From a virus (lineage: Duplodnaviria; Heunggongvirae; Uroviricota; Caudoviricetes), in IMG/VR virus record IMGVR_UViG_3300009164_000055: DNA of 26,461 nucleotides, one strand, 5' to 3'. Position numbers and translations under genes: made by a program. Numbering within the stretch: the first letter of the stretch is position 1; each line of letters starts with the position of its first letter. Below are positions 21,819 through 26,461 of the stretch, in pieces. The notes under the pieces were generated by a model. It had not been told where the DNA came from. It worked only from the letters and a program-made list of their open reading frames with translations, and ran no database searches.

Positions 21819-22753
21819 TGATGGAAGTTTTGGTTATTGGTGGTGGTGGATTTATTGGTTCGCATGTTGTTGATCGTCTCACAAGAGAAGGTTACAATGT
21901 GCGAATTGCCACACGCAACGTCAAAAAGATATCAAAGAATACTGTCTATGTTCCTCATTGGGTTGATCCAGAGACAGAACATGCTGATTTGTGTTTTACT
22001 GCGCTTGACGGCGTTGATGCTGTTATCCATCTTGGTAGCTCAACAATTCCAGCCACCTCTAACCAAGACCCACTGGCTGATATCAATGACAATCTAATAT
22101 CGACTGTCAACCTCCTTAAGCTTATGCGTATCAAGGGTGTTAGAAACCTTGTGTACATGTCATCTGGTGGCGCTATCTATGGCAGTTCTCTTGGCGAAGG
22201 GTCACATGAAAGAGATAACTTACATCCCCTTAGTTCATATGGCGCAATCAAAGTTGCTATTGAAAATTATATCATCATAGAAATGAAACTTCACGGTTTA
22301 TTTGCCACTATTCTCCGTCCATCAAACCCATACGGTCCTCGTCAAAAATTTGGTGCTCAAGGCATCATTGGTAACTTTCTTTGGAATATTGCCAATGATA
22401 AGCCATGTGAAATTTGGGGTGATGGCAGTATCATTCGTGATTTTGTCTATGTAGAAGATGTTGCTGAAGCATGTATGCTTGCTGTTAGTGGTAACAGTAA
22501 TTATGGTAGAAACAGCGGTATCTACAATATAAGTAGTGGTGTTGGATATCGTATTAATGATCTACTGCCTATCATTGGAAAAATTGTTGGTAAGCCAGTT
22601 TCAATTGCATATCATGAAGGAAGAAACTTTGATATTAAAAGAGTTGTTCTTGATAATGCTAATGCAGGTAGATTCTTGAGTTGGAAGCCAAAGGTTGATC
22701 TTGAAGATGGTATAAGAAAGACTTGGGAATGGGTTCAGGAGAATAACAAGTGA
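21815..22753 (+). CDS. NAD-dependent nucleotide-sugar epimerase/dehydratase (extended SDR)
   Basis: GGGGFIG, SSGGAIYG, YGAIK, R.SNPYGP, RDFVYVED. Confidence 0.9.
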   Translation: MMMEVLVIGGGGFIGSHVVDRLTREGYNVRIATRNVKKISKNTVYVPHWVDPETEHADLCFTALDGVDAVIHLGSSTIPATSNQDPLADINDNLISTVNLLKLMRIKGVRNLVYMSSGGAIYGSSLGEGSHERDNLHPLSSYGAIKVAIENYIIIEMKLHGLFATILRPSNPYGPRQKFGAQGIIGNFLWNIANDKPCEIWGDGSIIRDFVYVEDVAEACMLAVSGNSNYGRNSGIYNISSGVGYRINDLLPIIGKIVGKPVSIAYHEGRNFDIKRVVLDNANAGRFLSWKPKVDLEDGIRKTWEWVQENNK

Positions 22754-23703
22754 GCAAAAATATTTTAGTAACAGGTGGTAATGGTCTGGTTGCCACACAG
22801 TTTATCGTACAAGTATTGAGAGAAACCGATTGGAAGGTTTATACAACAGTTCGCTCTAATATGAGGCGTTTACTTGATGCTATAGAAGAATTTTCTGATG
22901 AAATTAACAATCGTGTAATTATCACAGGTAAATACAAAGAAGGTCAACAATATGATATCATCGTACATCTAGCGGCTGCTACTGATGTTGGCGAATCAAT
23001 CGTTGATCCTATGAAGTATGTCGAGCAGAACATTGTTGAAACTGCTAGGCTACTAGAGTTTGCTCGTACAATTCCAAATCTTCAAAAGTTTATTTTTGTT
23101 AGCAGTAATGAAGTGTTTGGTCCAGCACCTGCTGATGTAAATTATTTTGAGCTTGATGCTCTTAATCCACACTCACCATATTCAGGCACTAAGGCAGCGG
23201 CTGAACAGCTATGCCTTTCATACCACAATACCTATAAGCTTCCGATCAATATTGTTCGCACTATGAATGTATTTGGTGAAAGACAAAATCATAATAGGTT
23301 CTTCCCTGTATGCATTCGTAAGATTTTGAACGGTGAACAGATTGACGTATATGATAACTTTCGTACATATATCCATGCTCAAGATGTTGCAGATGGTATC
23401 ATGTTTATTCTAAGGGGTGAGTTTTTATATCCTGACTATAAGCATGAAGGCTGTCACAGATATCATATTGTTGGTAATGAAGAAGTCAGCAACATTCGTA
23501 TTGTCAATGCTATTGGTAATTCTCTAGCAATCAAACCAAAGTATAAAGTTACGTTTAATGGTAGGGCAGGATATGAAAACCGCTACTCCATGTCTGGTGC
23601 CAAGCTATATAGTATGGGATGGGAGCCAAAAGCAACTTTGGCACAGCGAATTGAACAAATGGCCTTATGGTCAAGAGATAATAGAGGATGGATTGATGGC
23701 TGA
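22750..23703 (+). CDS. RmlB-like dTDP-glucose 4,6-dehydratase homolog (divergent)
   Basis: TGGNGLVA, HLAA, SSNEVFG, PHSPYSGTK, N.FG..Q. Confidence 0.75.
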   Translation: MSKNILVTGGNGLVATQFIVQVLRETDWKVYTTVRSNMRRLLDAIEEFSDEINNRVIITGKYKEGQQYDIIVHLAAATDVGESIVDPMKYVEQNIVETARLLEFARTIPNLQKFIFVSSNEVFGPAPADVNYFELDALNPHSPYSGTKAAAEQLCLSYHNTYKLPINIVRTMNVFGERQNHNRFFPVCIRKILNGEQIDVYDNFRTYIHAQDVADGIMFILRGEFLYPDYKHEGCHRYHIVGNEEVSNIRIVNAIGNSLAIKPKYKVTFNGRAGYENRYSMSGAKLYSMGWEPKATLAQRIEQMALWSRDNRGWIDG

Positions 23704-24163
23704 AGATTTTGCTATAACTTTAAACCCCGTATTGAATACAGTAGATGCTGAGACTGTCAGAATACACAGGAATGCCTGTAGAGAATTCATGACACGCAAT
23801 ACAGATTATATTTCTGCACATGAACAAACAAAGTGGTTTAATTCTCTTGACAAACACAGTCATCATCTGTTATTGCTCAACAAGATTCATTACGGTGCCG
23901 CTGTCGAAGATATCGGCTATGGATACATTCGTATAGAGAAAGATGAAGTTCTTCTTACTGGCGGTATCACAAGCAATGAACGTGGCAAAGGATATGGATT
24001 TTTCCTTTTTGAAAGATTGGTGATCAATTCATTAAAATATGGTCTGCCAATCCGCCTTGAAGTGTTAAAGACTAACGCTGCTGGTATTGCTACATACAAG
24101 AAGATTGGCTTTACAATCATTGATGAAGATGAAAGAATTTATAGAATGGAGTATAATGTATGA
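23696..24163 (+). CDS. GNAT N-acetyltransferase (sugar-amine acetyltransferase-like)
   Basis: ATG at 23696 overlaps the upstream stop; R.HRN..REFM, EQ.KWF, RGKGYG, N.AGIATYKKIGF. Confidence 0.8.
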   Translation: MAEDFAITLNPVLNTVDAETVRIHRNACREFMTRNTDYISAHEQTKWFNSLDKHSHHLLLLNKIHYGAAVEDIGYGYIRIEKDEVLLTGGITSNERGKGYGFFLFERLVINSLKYGLPIRLEVLKTNAAGIATYKKIGFTIIDEDERIYRMEYNV

Positions 24164-25239
24164 TCCCGCTATTTAAGGTACGTATGAATGAAGAGACACC
24201 AAAGCTTCTAGAACCTGTTTTGCTCTCAGGATTCATTGGTCAGGGACCAAAGGTTGAAGAGTTTGAAGATATGCTTCAGGAGCATCTTGGAACTGATACA
24301 CGTCCTGTCACACTAAACTCATGCACCAATGCAATTGATCTAGCTCTAGAGCTTTGTGGGGTCGGTGCTGGTGATGAAGTTATCGCTACTCCACAGACAT
24401 GCTTTGCTTCACAGGTTGGCGCTATTCATCGTGGTGCTATTCTGCGTTGGGCTGATATCGATCCTATCACTGGTCTAATGGACCCTGATAGTGCCGCTAA
24501 GCTTGTAAATGAAAAGACTAAGGCAATCATTGCAGTCAATTGGGCTGGACGCTTTTGTGACTTTGAAGCACTAAAGCAGTTTGGTGTTCCTGTCATTGAA
24601 GACGCTGCTCATACATGGGATACTTTTTTGATTGATGAAGAAGGTTCACGTGGTGATTATATCTGCTACAGTCTCCAAGCAATCAAGTTCTTAACTTCTG
24701 GTGACGGCGGCATTCTTGTATGTCCAAATGCAGAGAAGGAAGCAGAGGCTCGTGTTCTTCGTTGGTTTGGTCTAGATCGTACCAAGAATGAATCATTCCG
24801 CTGCACACAAAACATCACAAGGGCTGGTTTCAAATATCATATGAATGATATCAATGCCACTATCGGTATGGCTAATCTTGCAGATGCTTTTGATTCTGTT
24901 TGCATGAGCCGTTTCAACGCATTTGAAATCATCACAAGAGTTGATAATCCAAATCTGATCATGCCTTATTGGGATGATAGCTGCTCGTTTTGGTTGTTCT
25001 CTATGCACGTCCTAGATGGTCGTAAGGCAGAGTTCCAAAAGTATCTAGAAGCCAATGGAATTGCTAGTAGTCCTGTTCACTATCGAAATGATCTATATGA
25101 CTGTACAATTCGTTTTGCTGAAGGCGATCTACCTGGCGTAACTGAATTTGATCAGACACAAGTCTGCATTCCAAACGGTTGGTGGGTAGATGATAATGAC
25201 CTAACTCATATTATTAAGGTGCTCAATGAATTTAAGTGA
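24160..25239 (+). CDS. DegT/DnrJ/EryC1/StrS-family PLP sugar aminotransferase
   Basis: GPKVEEFE, NSCTNA, IEDAAH, SLQAIK (PLP lysine), GDGG. Confidence 0.93.
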   Translation: MIPLFKVRMNEETPKLLEPVLLSGFIGQGPKVEEFEDMLQEHLGTDTRPVTLNSCTNAIDLALELCGVGAGDEVIATPQTCFASQVGAIHRGAILRWADIDPITGLMDPDSAAKLVNEKTKAIIAVNWAGRFCDFEALKQFGVPVIEDAAHTWDTFLIDEEGSRGDYICYSLQAIKFLTSGDGGILVCPNAEKEAEARVLRWFGLDRTKNESFRCTQNITRAGFKYHMNDINATIGMANLADAFDSVCMSRFNAFEIITRVDNPNLIMPYWDDSCSFWLFSMHVLDGRKAEFQKYLEANGIASSPVHYRNDLYDCTIRFAEGDLPGVTEFDQTQVCIPNGWWVDDNDLTHIIKVLNEFK

Positions 25240-25835
25240 AATTGTATTATGAAATACAATAATGACTTAACAGCCGAATATGTTAGAGAATGTTTGGACT
25301 ATGATCGTGAATCTGGTCTATTGACATGGAAAGCTAGGCCACGTGAACATTTCAAGAGTGATCACGGCTGGAAACAATTCAATGAAGAATATCCCGGCAA
25401 AAATGCTGGTGGAATTAATATTAGAGATGGTTATGTAACTGTTGGAATTAATGGTAAATCTTACAAGGTCCATCGCCTTGCATGGTTGATTGCTTATGGT
25501 GAATGGCCAAAAAATCAAATCGATCATGCTGATGGAATTCGACATAATAATAGTATTAGTAATTTAAGTGATGTTACCCCATCGCAAAATTTAAAAAATA
25601 AATCATTAGGTCATAATAATACTTCTGGATGCATAGGAGTGTATTTAACAAAGGAAAAAACATGGAGAGTAAGAATTCGAGTTAATCAAAAAAACCTACA
25701 TATTGGTACTTTTAAAAACAAAAAAGATGCATTTGCAGCAAGACATGTTGCGGAAATAAATTATGGTTATCACTCTGGTCATGGTAAGATACTAGAAAAA
25801 AGTTATGGAAATTAAAATGAATTTAAGTGAAATTG
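25225..25835. repeat. 20-bp perfect direct repeat flanking the second HNH gene
   Basis: AATGAATTTAAGTGAAATTG at 25225-25244 and 25816-25835. Confidence 0.9.
25249..25815 (+). mobile_element. free-standing HNH homing endonuclease with AP2-like domain
   Basis: YKVHRLAW...IDHADGIRHNNSISNL, NTSGCIGV, IGTF. Confidence 0.9.
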
Positions 25836-26461
25836 AATATATCGTATGCATTCCATCTGCACTGTCTCCTTCTATAGGAGCAGTGTCATTGGAAGATCGA
25901 CTTGAACAAACTTTGGTTGGTATTGAATCAATCAGAGCTAAGTTCCCGAATGTCTTTATTATCATGGCTGATTGTTCTGTTCGTCCTGCTGATGAACAAC
26001 GTGAGATTGTATCTAAAAAGGTTGATCTTTACATGGATCATTCGAACGTAGATATTAATCGTCAGTTAAGTGAGGCTGGTCTAAAAAGTCATTCTGAGCT
26101 AATCATGTTTAACAGCATGTATAATTGGATCAAAGAAAACCAATCGCAGTTTCCAAACCTTAAGCGTATCTTTAAGGTTGGTGGTCGTATGAAGGTATCT
26201 GATGAGTTTGATATCAAGGACTATGAAGGCGATAACGTCAAGAACAAGTACGTATTCAAGTATCCTGTAAACTCATGGATTAGTCCAGAGCTTATGCTAT
26301 ATGAGAACCGCCTATGGTCACTTGACATTAGCTTGCTTGATCATTACCTATCAAAAAATCAAGACATGTACAACTCATTCGATGGTCGCTTTGATATTGA
26401 ACATACATACTACAAACATCTTGATTTGGATAAGGTGGAATTGTTTGATAATGTTTGGGTT
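25817..26461 (+). CDS. putative glycosyltransferase-like protein (partial, runs off window)
   Basis: Open from ATG at 25817 to the window end: MNLSEIEYIVCIPSAL...RLEQTLVGIESIRAKFP...IFKVGGRM...; not in the ORF track because it has no stop. Confidence 0.6.
   Translation, partial: MNLSEIEYIVCIPSALSPSIGAVSLEDRLEQTLVGIESIRAKFPNVFIIMADCSVRPADEQREIVSKKVDLYMDHSNVDINRQLSEAGLKSHSELIMFNSMYNWIKENQSQFPNLKRIFKVGGRMKVSDEFDIKDYEGDNVKNKYVFKYPVNSWISPELMLYENRLWSLDISLLDHYLSKNQDMYNSFDGRFDIEHTYYKHLDLDKVELFDNVWV

Noticed and set aside
22-25545. Numerous antisense or alternate-frame ORFs in the track (e.g. 22-258, 2335-2766, 5111-5632, 10644-11012, 16789-17106)
   Set aside because: They overlap well-supported genes, lack SD sites and recognisable motifs, and are typical shadow ORFs.
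21006-26461. Firm call of T4-style glucosyl-hmC DNA modification
   Set aside because: No dCMP hydroxymethylase or recognisable T4 alpha/beta-glucosyltransferase is in the window; DNA is only one possible acceptor.
1-26461. tRNA/rRNA genes or a bacterial chromosomal origin for the OMP, hsp20 and sugar genes
   Set aside because: No cloverleaf or rRNA-like sequence was seen in the short intergenic gaps. T4 core genes, late promoters and tight gene packing indicate a phage genome throughout.

Overview
This 26.5 kb window comes from a lytic T4-like (gp43/uvsX/gp41-type) myovirus genome, read with the standard genetic code and mostly on the + strand. The host is probably an alphaproteobacterium, inferred from a Sphingomonadales-like outer-membrane protein and GANTC sites in promoters. 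Left part (1-9.4 kb): small accessory genes behind repeated sigma70-type early promoter/leader cassettes, including a HAD nucleotidase, cytidylyltransferase, outer-membrane beta-barrel, metallophosphoesterase, a 74-aa stand-alone GGQ release-factor domain, a secreted endonuclease, dCMP deaminase, Hsp20 with a ROSE-like structured leader, and a YbaN/DUF454 protein. Next is an inverted lysis cassette (holin candidate plus M15 peptidase-GH19 endolysin) behind a TATAAATA late promoter. The replication block holds a T5 A1-like phosphoesterase/nuclease, family B DNA polymerase, UvsX and gp41 helicase. The right end is a nucleotide-sugar/amino-sugar biosynthesis and glycosyltransferase cluster interrupted by two HNH homing endonucleases. 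The strongest leads are the minimal GGQ protein, the phage RNA-thermometer-like hsp20 leader, the GANTC-bearing promoter cassettes and the amino-sugar cluster. All family assignments come from motif recognition; no database searches were run.
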